Below, one piece after another: positions 55,904 through 64,000 of a DNA stretch of 64,000 nucleotides. Location of the stretch: NCBI GenBank assembly GCA_036741355.1, contig DAINSK010000004.1:65289-129288 (forward strand), given 5' to 3'. The notes under the pieces were generated by a model. The model worked only from the letters and a program-made list of their open reading frames with translations. It was not told the origin of the DNA and did not search any database. How positions within the stretch are numbered: the stretch's first letter is position 1; every line of letters begins with the position of its first letter. This DNA comes from Chloroflexota bacterium (GTDB taxonomy: Bacteria; Chloroflexota; Dehalococcoidia; CAUJGQ01). Made by a program: the position numbers and the translations under genes.

Positions 55904-57575
55904 CTACACCCGGAAAGCTGCCGGTTTCCGTTTCCGTTCGGCCTCGCGTTGGCGTAGCTCGATACGGCGGATCTTACCGCTGATCGTCTTCGGCAGCTCG
56001 GTGACGAACTCTACCTCGCGCGGGTACTTGTATGGCGCGGTGACGTTCTTGACGTGGTCCTGAAGCTCCTGAGCCAGGCGCTCCGAAGCCTCGAATTCCT
56101 TACCGATTACGACAAATGCCTTCACGACCTCGCCTCGTACCGGGTCGGGGGAAGCGACTACCGCCGCTTCGACGACGGCCGGATGTTCCAGAAGGGCGCT
56201 TTCTACTTCGAACGGCCCGATGCGATATCCCGCGCTGATAATCACGTCGTCGGCGCGGCCCACGAACCAGAAGTAGCCGTCGCCATCGGTGTAGGCGCGG
56301 TCGCCGGTGATGTACCAGTCGCCGCGAAGCGAGTTCTTCGTCGCCTCCGGGTCGTTCCAGTACTCGCGAAAGATGCCAATGGGCCGCTTCGGGCTAATGC
56401 GGACCGCTATGTCGCCTTCCTCGCCCGGCTCGCACACGTTGCAGTCCTGATCGATGACCGCGACTTCGAAGCCCGGCGAGGGCTTGCCCATCGAGCCCGG
56501 CCGCACCTCGAGCGGCGGAAAGTTACCCAACGAGCAGCACGGTTTCGGTCTGGCCGTAGCCGTCGCGGATCAGCTTGCCGGTTCCGGCCTTCCAGGCGTC
56601 GATCACTTCCGGGTTGAGTGGCTCACCGGCGCCGACACAGTGGCGCAGGTCGGAGAGGTCGTAATTCGGGAGGTCTTCCAGCACCAGCAGGCGGTAGGCC
56701 GTGGGCGGGGCGCAGAAGGTGGTGACGCCAAAGTTCTGCAGCGTCTCCAGCGTCAGCACCGGGTCGAAGCGTCCGGGAACGTCCTGAATGAACAACGCTG
56801 CGCCCTGGCTCCAGGGACCGAACAGGCAGCCCCAGGCCGCCTTCGCCCAGCCGGTGTCGGAAAGCGTCCAGTGCAGGTCGGAAGGTTGCAGGTCGAGCCA
56901 ATACTTGCCGGTGATCGCGTGGCCGATGCCGTACGATGCGTGCGAATGCAGCACCATCTTCGGGTAACCGGTCGTGCCGGAGGTGAAGTAAAGCAACATG
57001 TCATCGTCGGCTCGGGTGCGCTCAGGTTCAAAATTGCGCGACGCCTGCGCTGTCTCCGCCTCGTAGCGAATGCACCCCTCAACGTCGCCTCCGATCACGA
57101 AGATCGTCTCCAGGCCGGGGCACTGGTCGCGTACGGTCATCAGCTTGGCAGCGTTCTCCACGTCCACGATGGCGACCTTCGCCTTGCAGAGCTCGAGCCG
57201 GTACTTCATGTCGCGGCCGGTGAGCTGGGTCGTGCCCGGCGCAGCCACCGCTCCGACCTTCATCAAGCCGAGCAGCGCCTCCCACCACTCGGGGATTCGA
57301 GAGGCGACGACGACGACGCGGTCACGTTTACTGATGCCATGCTCGCGGAAGACGTTCGCCGCCCGGTTGCTGCCCCAACTGAAGTCGTGAAACGTCAGCG
57401 TGCGCGTGCGGTTCTCGGTACCCACCCAGACCATGCCGACGCGGTTGCGGTCCTGCGCCCAGCGGTCGACCACGTCCACGGCGAAGTTGAAATATTCGGG
57501 CACCTCTGGATTGAACTCGGCGCGCTCACGCTCGTAATCGGTCATGTTGTGCAATTTGGGATCGACGACGGCCAT
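55904..57575 (-). pseudogene. Medium-chain acyl-CoA synthetase (ACSM-like AMP-binding enzyme) interrupted by a +1 frameshift in a G/C homopolymer near 56526-56528
   Basis: N-terminal ORF (56523-57575) ends ...[13 protein letters not shown]-terminal ORF (55904-56530) continues [16 protein letters not shown]... in the +1 frame. Removing one C from CCC at 56526-56528 restores a contiguous ~555-aa protein highly similar to ACSM-type synthetases ([51 protein letters not shown]). Confidence 0.7.
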
Positions 57576-57636
57576 CTCGTCCTCCTCTGCGTCAAGCGTG
57601 CCGCTCCAGTGCCGCTTATCTTACACGTGCGCTAAA

Positions 57637-58647
57637 CTACCGCTCAGCCATCGCAGAGGTCAGCGCCCGGATCTCACCGACCAGGTGTTTCAACTGATCG
57701 ACGTCGATCGCCGACTCTGATTCGGCCGAGACCGGAGCACCGGCGCCGTGTACTTCGAGAACGAGGCCATGAGTGCCCGCGGCGACGGCTGCGAGTGCCA
57801 GCGGCGCAACGAGGTGCCGGTGGCCCGATCCGTGGCTGGGGTCGACGAGCACCGGCAGATGCGAGACGCGGCGAATGAGCGGGACGGCGCTGAGGTCAAG
57901 GGTGTAGCGGGTAGCGGTCTCATAGGTGCGGATTCCTTGTTCGCAGAGGAGGATCTGCCGGTTGCCACCGGCCAGCAGGCCGTCGGCAGCCTGTAGCCAC
58001 TCCTGGATCTGCGCGGAGTCCGCACGCTGCAGGATGACGGGGCGGTTGCTCCAGCCGCAAGCCTGCAGCAGCGCCCGAGAATGCATCTGAGCCGCTCCGA
58101 CGATGAGTATGTCGGCATGACGCGCGACCGCCGGTACGTCCTCCGCGGCAAGCACTTCGGTCGTCACCGGTAACCCCGACTCGCGGCGCGCACCGTCCAG
58201 CCGCTGTAGGGCTTCGGGGTCTATCTGCGGCGTGCCGAACATGCCCGACATCCGCCGGTAGACTCCGGTTCGAACGATCGAGGCTCCGGCGTCGTGAAGC
58301 GCCTTGGCGGTCTCAATCGCGTTGGGATCGGCGACGATTGCGGCTGCACCGGCGATGATGACCGGCGTGGAGGAGCCGATGATCAATCCTTCTACCTGTA
58401 CAACAGTGTCCTGGGGATGCACTTCGCGCCCGGAGAGCCGGTACGGGCGGGTGAGGGGCTTGAGCTGGTCTACGCCCGGCAATGAAGCGAACGCCTGCTC
58501 CACTTCCTCCGGGTCGCCACCGCCGACGATCAGCACGGCGCGCTCCGCCCCTCGCGATAAGTGATAGTCGAGCCCCAGCGCCACAGCCCGGGCGACAATC
58601 GCACGCACCTGATCTTCGGTGGCATCGGCGCGAATGACGACGATCAT
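57637..58647 (-). CDS. aroF: 3-deoxy-7-phosphoheptulonate (DAHP) synthase, type I-beta, with N-terminal ACT-like regulatory domain
   Basis: Core KDO8PS/DAHPS-I-beta fold with [10 protein letters not shown] motif. About 65-aa N-terminal ferredoxin-like domain as in Thermotoga-type regulated DAH7PS. Start at the internal ATG 58647. Confidence 0.8.
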   Translation of the reverse strand: MIVVIRADATEDQVRAIVARAVALGLDYHLSRGAERAVLIVGGGDPEEVEQAFASLPGVDQLKPLTRPYRLSGREVHPQDTVVQVEGLIIGSSTPVIIAGAAAIVADPNAIETAKALHDAGASIVRTGVYRRMSGMFGTPQIDPEALQRLDGARRESGLPVTTEVLAAEDVPAVARHADILIVGAAQMHSRALLQACGWSNRPVILQRADSAQIQEWLQAADGLLAGGNRQILLCEQGIRTYETATRYTLDLSAVPLIRRVSHLPVLVDPSHGSGHRHLVAPLALAAVAAGTHGLVLEVHGAGAPVSAESESAIDVDQLKHLVGEIRALTSAMAER

Positions 58648-58970
58648 GTCTCTCCATGTCCGTGAATGGCAGATCCGAGTAGCCACGCGCCTTTGTCAGC
58701 TTACAGAAGCATGGCTCGGCATCACCACGGGGCTCTGGATCGCTCCACTCTGCAAACTGTCGGCATGCTGCTCGATGCCACATGATTACGTTTGACTAAC
58801 GTACTGGCGCCGCCCGTGGCGCAATAGGGGGATGGGATGGCAGACGCCGCGACAGGGCCGGGCAGTGACGCGGTGTATGATTGGCTGAGCCCGCAGCCAG
58901 ACCTCACGGAGGAGCGGCAAGGGCGTTCGTTTCTCCGAGTTTGCTTTCGTGATCCGGAGTATTGCCTGCC

Positions 58971-60152
58971 ATGCCTGCACCGCTTGAAGGCATCAAGATC
59001 CTCGACTTCACGCGCTACCAGCAGGGGCCTTTCGCCACGGTAATGCTGGCGGACATGGGCGCCGACGTAATTAAAGTTGAAGAGCGGCGCAACGGCGACC
59101 TGGGACGTGCGCTCGGCGCCCAACCAGACGGCTTCTGCGGCTATTTCGAAGCCCACAACCGCAATAAGCGCAGCATGACACTGGACGTCCGCACGGAGGA
59201 AGGTAAGCAGATCGTGCGGCGGCTGGCCGAGCGGGTTGACGTCGTAGTCGAGAACTTCCGTCCCGGCGTCATGGACCGGCTGGGCATCGGCTACGCGGAC
59301 CTGAAAGCGGTGAACCCACGCATTATCATGGCGTCGGCTTCCGGCTACGGAATGCGAGGCCCCGATGCCAAAAAGCCAAGCTTCGACATTATCGGTCAGG
59401 CAGTGGGCGGCATCATGGTGTCGCAGGGCGGGGGCCCGGAAAATGAGCCGCAGATGGTCACTGCCGGCTTCGCCGACCACGTCGGCGCCATGTTCCTCGC
59501 GTTCGGCGTGGCCATGGCGTTGATCGCCCGCGACCGATTCGGTATCGGCCAGCACTTGGATGCTTCGCTTTTGGGCGGCCAGATCGCTTTCCAGGCGATG
59601 GGATACTGTCGCAGCCTGCAGAACGGCGTTCATAGCAGCTTCGTTGCCGGTGGTAACCCGCTGTTTCGCGCGTACGGCTGCGCCGACGGTAGGTGGCTGG
59701 CCATCGGCATCCTTGACCCCAAAGTGTGGCCATCGCTCACGGCCGCGCTGGACCGACCAGACCTGGAGCACGGCCAGCGCTTCGCGGAGCCCTTTGCGCG
59801 GCATCAGAACGCCCACGAGTTGACCGGGCAACTGGCCGAGATCTTCCGTACCAGGCCACGCGACGAATGGCTGAAGCTGCTGGAACAACACGACGTGGCC
59901 GCGGGCCCCGTGCGCGATCACGTCGAGGCGGCGGAGGACCCGCAGGTGCTGGCGAACGAGTACATCGTGACCGTGGAGCATCCGCACATCGGACCGATCC
60001 GCGTTCCTGGCATTCCGGTCAACTTCTCCGAGACGCCGGGATCGGTGCGCACGGCCGCGCCCGAGCTTGGACAGCACACCGAAGAGGTGCTGCTCGAGCT
60101 GGGCTACACCTGGGAAGAGATGGGACGGCTGCGCGAAGAAGAGATCATCTAG
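58971..60152 (+). CDS. CoA-transferase family III protein (CaiB/BaiF / formyl-CoA transferase / racemase family)
   Basis: LEGIKILDFTRYQQGPFATVMLADMGADVIKVE... and the conserved Asp region. 394 aa. Confidence 0.85.
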   Translation: MPAPLEGIKILDFTRYQQGPFATVMLADMGADVIKVEERRNGDLGRALGAQPDGFCGYFEAHNRNKRSMTLDVRTEEGKQIVRRLAERVDVVVENFRPGVMDRLGIGYADLKAVNPRIIMASASGYGMRGPDAKKPSFDIIGQAVGGIMVSQGGGPENEPQMVTAGFADHVGAMFLAFGVAMALIARDRFGIGQHLDASLLGGQIAFQAMGYCRSLQNGVHSSFVAGGNPLFRAYGCADGRWLAIGILDPKVWPSLTAALDRPDLEHGQRFAEPFARHQNAHELTGQLAEIFRTRPRDEWLKLLEQHDVAAGPVRDHVEAAEDPQVLANEYIVTVEHPHIGPIRVPGIPVNFSETPGSVRTAAPELGQHTEEVLLELGYTWEEMGRLREEEII

Positions 60153-60575
60153 TGCGCTTCGCCGTTCTGCACCACCCGGTCTGGAGCTATTGCAAACGCG
60201 GCGGTCGGGAAGCTCGCGAATCAGGCGGCGCAGGCTTACGCGCATGGCGCCGGATAGAGCGTTGAGCTTATCGGGTCGGTTGAGCGTCGCTACGACGACT
60301 CCATTGTGCTGCTCGACCCGCCCGTCCTCGAACTCGCCCCAGTCACCGGTGCCCTCTGTCATGATTCGCCCTCTAACTACTTTCGCGGGCATTGTGCTGG
60401 GCTCTTGCGGCGGCGCGCAAGCGGCGACGCGGCGCAGCCTCCCGAGTGCGGCCGCGGAGTTGAGCAGGCGTGCGGGGCTGTAGTACGCTCGTGTTGCCGA
60501 TCGGTGCGGCTGCAGAGACCAGGCGGCATAACCCGGTCCCACCCCACGCGTCCACCAGCGACGCCCGTCCACTAT

Positions 60576-60652
60576 CCCGGGATAGCTCAGTTGGCCAGAG
60601 CAGCGGACTGTAAATCCGCGTGTCCGTGGTTCGAATCCACGTCCCGGGACCA
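60576..60652 (+). tRNA. tRNA-Tyr (anticodon GUA), class I (5-nt variable loop), C1:G72 acceptor pair, A73 discriminator, encoded CCA
   Basis: Manual cloverleaf: acceptor CCCGGGA/UCCCGGG, U8, D-stem GCUC/GAGC, anticodon stem GCGGA/UCCGC with loop CUGUAAA (GUA at 34-36), variable GUGUC, T-arm CGUGG-UUCGAAU-CCACG, A73, CCA. The antisense ORF 58722-60653 in the track reads GFEPRTRG through it. Confidence 0.8.
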
Positions 60653-60721
60653 CGTTTTACGCGTGAAATCCGGTCGGGAATGATCCTCCCTCGAATCAAT
60701 ACCCCAGGTGACCGATTGCGA

Positions 60722-61573
60722 CTAACTTGGTGCAAGGTACCGAGCGACGTCACGGTCGTACTGTTCCCTGGCCGTGAGCGCGGCCATCAGGTCCGGCGGC
60801 GCTTCCATGCCTGCCGCCTCCGGGCGCAGCGCTTTCAACGCGTCGTACGCCGCCTGAGCAGCGGCACGGTACGGTGTGTGGCCGAGCAACCGGATTCGCA
60901 CGCCTTGCGCTGCAAGGTAATCTGGGTCCTGCAGTTCAGCGGCGGCGCCCCCCAACACGATCGGCAACGGCGTTACAGAGCGCAGCGCTTCCAGCTCTCG
61001 CCGCGTTTGCACCCCGACGAAGAACATTCCATCGATGCCGGTGCGGGCGTAGACCTCAGCCCGCCGCAGGCAACCGTCGAGCCCTTCACCCCTGATCGCA
61101 CCGGTACGTCCCAGTACGACTAGCGTGGGATCGGTACGAGCCGCAACCGCGGCCTCCAGCTTGCCGACGGCCTCGGCGATCGGGATGAACGTGTCTCTAC
61201 CGGCGCCGAAGGGGAGAGGCAGCGCGGTGTCCTCAATCGACAGCGCAGCGACGCCTGCAGCCTCTAGTTCCTGGACGCAGCGCATGACGTTGAGCGCATT
61301 CCCATAACCGTGGTCGGCATCTACCAGCAGCGGCAGATCGGAGGCGCGTGTGATCCGCCGGATCTGTTCTGCGAACTCGGTCAACGTCAGCACAATCAGG
61401 TCGGGTGCGCCAAGCACGGTGGCGGAGGCAACCGAGCCCGCGAGCATAATCATCTCGAAGCCAAGCAGCGTAGCAGCGCGCGCCGAAAGGGGATCGAAAA
61501 CGGAAGCAGGCCCGATACAGCGGTCCGCCGCGAGCAGAGCTCGCAGGCCGCGCCTGCGCTCACTGAATTGCAT
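60722..61573 (-). CDS. Isocitrate lyase/PEP mutase family protein (2-methylisocitrate lyase / carboxyvinyl-carboxyphosphonate phosphorylmutase-like)
   Basis: TIM-barrel ICL/PEPM family pattern (...LLVDADHGYGNALNVMR...). 283 aa. Confidence 0.8.
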   Translation of the reverse strand: MQFSERRRGLRALLAADRCIGPASVFDPLSARAATLLGFEMIMLAGSVASATVLGAPDLIVLTLTEFAEQIRRITRASDLPLLVDADHGYGNALNVMRCVQELEAAGVAALSIEDTALPLPFGAGRDTFIPIAEAVGKLEAAVAARTDPTLVVLGRTGAIRGEGLDGCLRRAEVYARTGIDGMFFVGVQTRRELEALRSVTPLPIVLGGAAAELQDPDYLAAQGVRIRLLGHTPYRAAAQAAYDALKALRPEAAGMEAPPDLMAALTAREQYDRDVARYLAPS

Positions 61574-61728
61574 GCTGTCCTCTTTATCCGGGCGTACCTG
61601 ATGGGTAGAGCCGGCTCGCTCATGTTACCGCTCCACGCGATCCGCTCTCACCCCTGCGGCGCGGACCTCGGCAACGAGTGCGGGCTCATGAATGAATATA
61701 ATGGGCGGGACCGCAAACGAGGTTGACA

Positions 61729-62652
61729 ATGAGGGTATTGGTCACCGGCGGAGCCGGTTTCATTGGCTCGCACGCCGTTGAACAGCTTGCCATTGATGGT
61801 CACGAGGTAACCGTCTTCGACAACCTTTCTAGTGGTAGTCGCGAAAACCTGAGGTTAGAACAGGGTTCGATTCGCCTGGTGTGCGGCGATGTTCGGGATC
61901 GCGACGTCTGCATGAACTTGGTCAGCGAAACACGCCCCGAGGCGATCGCTCACCTGGCGGCCGTGGCCTCGGTGCCGCAGAGCATCGTTGAGCCGGAGCT
62001 CGCCCACGAAGTCAACCTGGACGGGACGTTCAACGTGCTGGAAGCAGCCCGCAGGTTTGGAGTTCGGCGATTCGTTTTCATCAGTTCTGCGGCCGTGTAT
62101 GGCAGCAGCCCCCGCTTACCGTCGAGCGAAGACGACCCGGTCGCGCCTGCATCGCCATACGCGGCGCAAAAGGCGGCGGGCGAATTACTGGCCGCGGCCT
62201 ATCGAAACATGTGGGGGCTGGAAACCGTATCGCTGCGGTTGTTCAACGTTTTCGGCGAACGGCAGCGCGTCGACAACAGTTATTCGGGCGTCATTTCTAT
62301 ATTCATCGACAAACTGCGCCGGAGTGAATCAGTGGCGATCACTGGTGACGGACAACAAAGCCGCGACTTCATTTACGTGTGGGATGTGGTGACCGTGATC
62401 GCGCGTTGTTTGTCTGGCGACGATCCAGGGCCGGGTCCTTTCAATGTCGGACGGGGCGAATCGATCACAATCCGTCAACTGTTCTCCCTGATCGCCCGTC
62501 AACTGGGGCAAGACTGCGATCCGTCGTTTATTCCCGATCGTCCGGGTGACGTCAAGCACTCACGTGCCTGCATCCGAAGAGCCGCAGATATTTTGCAGTT
62601 TGTTCCGCGGTTCAGTGTGGAGCACGGTCTTGCGCGGTTAATCTCAGGGTAG
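61729..62652 (+). CDS. NAD-dependent epimerase/dehydratase (UDP-glucose 4-epimerase-like SDR)
   Basis: VLVTGGAGFIGSH Rossmann motif and YAAQK (YxxxK) catalytic motif. ATG 61729 with GAGG RBS. Confidence 0.85.
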   Translation: MRVLVTGGAGFIGSHAVEQLAIDGHEVTVFDNLSSGSRENLRLEQGSIRLVCGDVRDRDVCMNLVSETRPEAIAHLAAVASVPQSIVEPELAHEVNLDGTFNVLEAARRFGVRRFVFISSAAVYGSSPRLPSSEDDPVAPASPYAAQKAAGELLAAAYRNMWGLETVSLRLFNVFGERQRVDNSYSGVISIFIDKLRRSESVAITGDGQQSRDFIYVWDVVTVIARCLSGDDPGPGPFNVGRGESITIRQLFSLIARQLGQDCDPSFIPDRPGDVKHSRACIRRAADILQFVPRFSVEHGLARLISG

Positions 62653-63594
62653 TTGGAACAATTCCGCGAGCCATCTGCTCGACGCCCGGCTGCTGCGCCC
62701 CAGCGGCGGCAACTGCCAGAGGTCTTCGATCGCGCCGAGGAGTCCGTAATGGTCGAATGGTGATGCGGTGCGGGTTCCCGGATGCATCCCCGGTGCGATC
62801 ACCAACAGGGGAATGTGTCCGCCGCCGCTCTGGCCGCAGCAGCCGCCATCGTCATTACCCTCATCCCAGGTGATGAACAGCAGCCCTCCCTGCATCCACG
62901 CTGGGGACAACAGGATCTGGGGCACGAAATCACGCAGCCAGTCGTCGCCCGTCTCAACCGGCGCGTCGTGGGAATTGTGGTTTTCGTTCGGGGTGATCCA
63001 GACAAAATCGGCGATATCGCCTGAGGACAGGTCGCGCGATATCGCCGCGAGTGGTACGACGTTGCGGCATCGCTGAGGCCGGTCGCGGATGTCGCGAAAG
63101 TAGAGGAACGGATCGTGCTTGACGTCGTACCGACCGGCAGACGTCACGGTTGAACATGGCGCCGGCAGATCCTCCATGTAAGCCCTCCATGTATGACCGG
63201 CGGCTTCCAGTTCGTCGACCAGGTTAGGGGCATCTTGAAAGCAATCGACACAGTCTGACCGAACACCCAGCGTATCGCCCGCGAGCAGCGCCAGGTAATT
63301 GGGCAAGCTGGGATGCGCCACAGCATAGTAACGGGTGGCCAGCCCGTACGAGGCGACAAGTTCGTTTTCGTAGCGAGCAGCCGGGTTGCCGATGACCTCG
63401 CTGTACGACTTGTTTTCCATCACGATGACGAAAATGTGGAGGGCGGACGGCAGCGGCGCGACGGCCGGCGATGCAGTTGTCGGCGGCGATCCGGCTGGCG
63501 CGAGAGCCGCGGGGGCCGAGGGCGACGTATCCGAGCAGCCGATCAGGATCACGAAGACAAAAATCAGGAGCGCGGGCTTCACCAAAGCAATCAC
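62644..63594 (-). CDS. Phosphoesterase-family lipoprotein (phospholipase C / acid phosphatase AcpA family)
   Basis: Lipobox LIGCSD. IFVIVMENKSY and downstream conserved His/Asp regions of the PLC/AcpA phosphoesterase family. GTG start. Confidence 0.8.
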   Translation of the reverse strand: MIALVKPALLIFVFVILIGCSDTSPSAPAALAPAGSPPTTASPAVAPLPSALHIFVIVMENKSYSEVIGNPAARYENELVASYGLATRYYAVAHPSLPNYLALLAGDTLGVRSDCVDCFQDAPNLVDELEAAGHTWRAYMEDLPAPCSTVTSAGRYDVKHDPFLYFRDIRDRPQRCRNVVPLAAISRDLSSGDIADFVWITPNENHNSHDAPVETGDDWLRDFVPQILLSPAWMQGGLLFITWDEGNDDGGCCGQSGGGHIPLLVIAPGMHPGTRTASPFDHYGLLGAIEDLWQLPPLGRSSRASSRWLAELFQLP

Positions 63595-63768
63595 GATGGC
63601 TGTCTCCTAGTCATGGGCTCTGCAAGCGTCCGATCAATGGCAGTTGTCATGACACGGTATCGGCTGGTCCACGTACGACCCAAAAAAGCGCGGGGCATCA
63701 TCCGCCAGCGTCGTACACCGGAACGTGCCATCCGGCGGGCTTCGAAGCCGGCGATGACCGGCCGGGCA

Positions 63769-64000
63769 CTAGCGGATTGCGGCCCAGCCCGCGGCGCCAC
63801 CCGCGAGGATCAGGAGGGCCGGATTGCCGCGTCGGAACCCGGCGCCATCGATCTCGAGTCGGTAGATCGTGCCAATGTTGCGCGCACCGCCGGCAGCAGT
63901 CGTACCGAACAACGTCGAGCCAGACAAGAGGATCGAGTCATGACGCGGCCCGGCGCCATCGGAGGGCCCACCGGCGAATGAATGAACCAGCCGTAGCCCG
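63769..64000 (-). CDS. Partial CDS (C-terminal ~76 aa, start beyond window end) ending in a Gly/Ala-rich hydrophobic segment
   Basis: Minus-strand frame open from the right window edge to a TAG at 63769-63771: ...GTIYRLEIDGAGFRRGNPALLILAGGAAGWAAIR*. Not in the ORF track because no start lies inside the window. Confidence 0.25.
   Translation of the reverse strand, partial: GLRLVHSFAGGPSDGAGPRHDSILLSGSTLFGTTAAGGARNIGTIYRLEIDGAGFRRGNPALLILAGGAAGWAAIR

Noticed and set aside
56454-57635. 393-aa plus-strand ORF
   Set aside because: Antisense of the acyl-CoA synthetase N-terminal half.
58722-60653. 643-aa minus-strand ORF beginning MVPGRGFEPRTRG
   Set aside because: The N-terminus is the antisense reading of a tRNA T-arm (GGTTCGAATCC), and the rest is antisense to the CoA-transferase family III gene.
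63313-63981. 222-aa plus-strand ORF
   Set aside because: Its first part is antisense to the phosphoesterase gene and the remainder is Arg-rich. A minus-strand partial frame (63769-64000) gives a more protein-like product.
1-64000. CRISPR arrays, rRNA genes, integrases/transposases, prophage genes
   Set aside because: I looked for direct repeats with regular spacers, rRNA-like conserved stretches and recombinase motifs and found none. The only repeats are the three MITE-like hairpin pairs, and the only mobile-type genes are an HNH endonuclease and a Uma2 endonuclease.

Overview
This is a 64-kb segment of a high-GC bacterial chromosome. Bacterial origin is supported by a LonA protease, lipoprotein lipoboxes, a VanY-type D,D-carboxypeptidase, a RelE/ParE toxin-antitoxin pair and tight Shine-Dalgarno sites. 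I call about 65 genes on both strands. Many of the long ORFs in the supplied track are Arg/Ser-rich antisense artefacts and are rejected below.

Core and housekeeping genes: lon, pdxS/pdxT, gpsA, moaC, rdgB, an aroF-type DAHP synthase, a TrkA pair, a dpp/opp-like ABC operon, an M16 peptidase, an S53 peptidase, an aldo-keto reductase (AKR), fumarylacetoacetate hydrolase (FAH), inositol monophosphatase (IMPase), a CoA-transferase, a CoxL-like molybdenum hydroxylase, and others.

Standouts:
1. A family-1 encapsulin shell gene, divergently paired with a 182-aa protein of unknown fold. That protein carries an N-terminal encapsulin targeting-peptide-like motif (GSFTVGSL) and is followed by an M16 peptidase. 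It is a candidate novel cargo system.
2. A two-domain rhodanese whose catalytic cysteine codon is an in-frame TGA. A hairpin sits 11 nt downstream and about 43 in-frame codons follow the TGA, so this is a selenocysteine candidate. It lies next to a MoaD/ThiS Gly-Gly sulfur carrier.
3. A 1138-aa ABC exporter fused to an N-terminal zinc ribbon plus unknown domain, a cyclic-nucleotide-binding domain and a C-terminal FHA domain.
4. Three intergenic copies of a MITE-like element built from paired, inverted GC-rich hairpin arms that share a conserved outer terminus.
5. A class-I, eukaryote/archaea-style tRNA-Tyr(GUA) with a C1:G72 pair and a short variable loop, in a bacterial context.
6. A tandem pair of genes sharing a paralogous ~70-aa domain.
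7. A 350-aa, entirely Arg/Gly/Pro/Gln-rich low-complexity ORF with a strong RBS.
8. Gene-decay remnants: a frameshifted ACSM-like acyl-CoA synthetase, a truncated alpha/beta-hydrolase and an MFS N-terminal stub.

Two partial genes run off the window edges. One is a secreted Ala/Gln-rich protein at the left edge, the other a fragment at the right edge. Both are missed by the ORF track.
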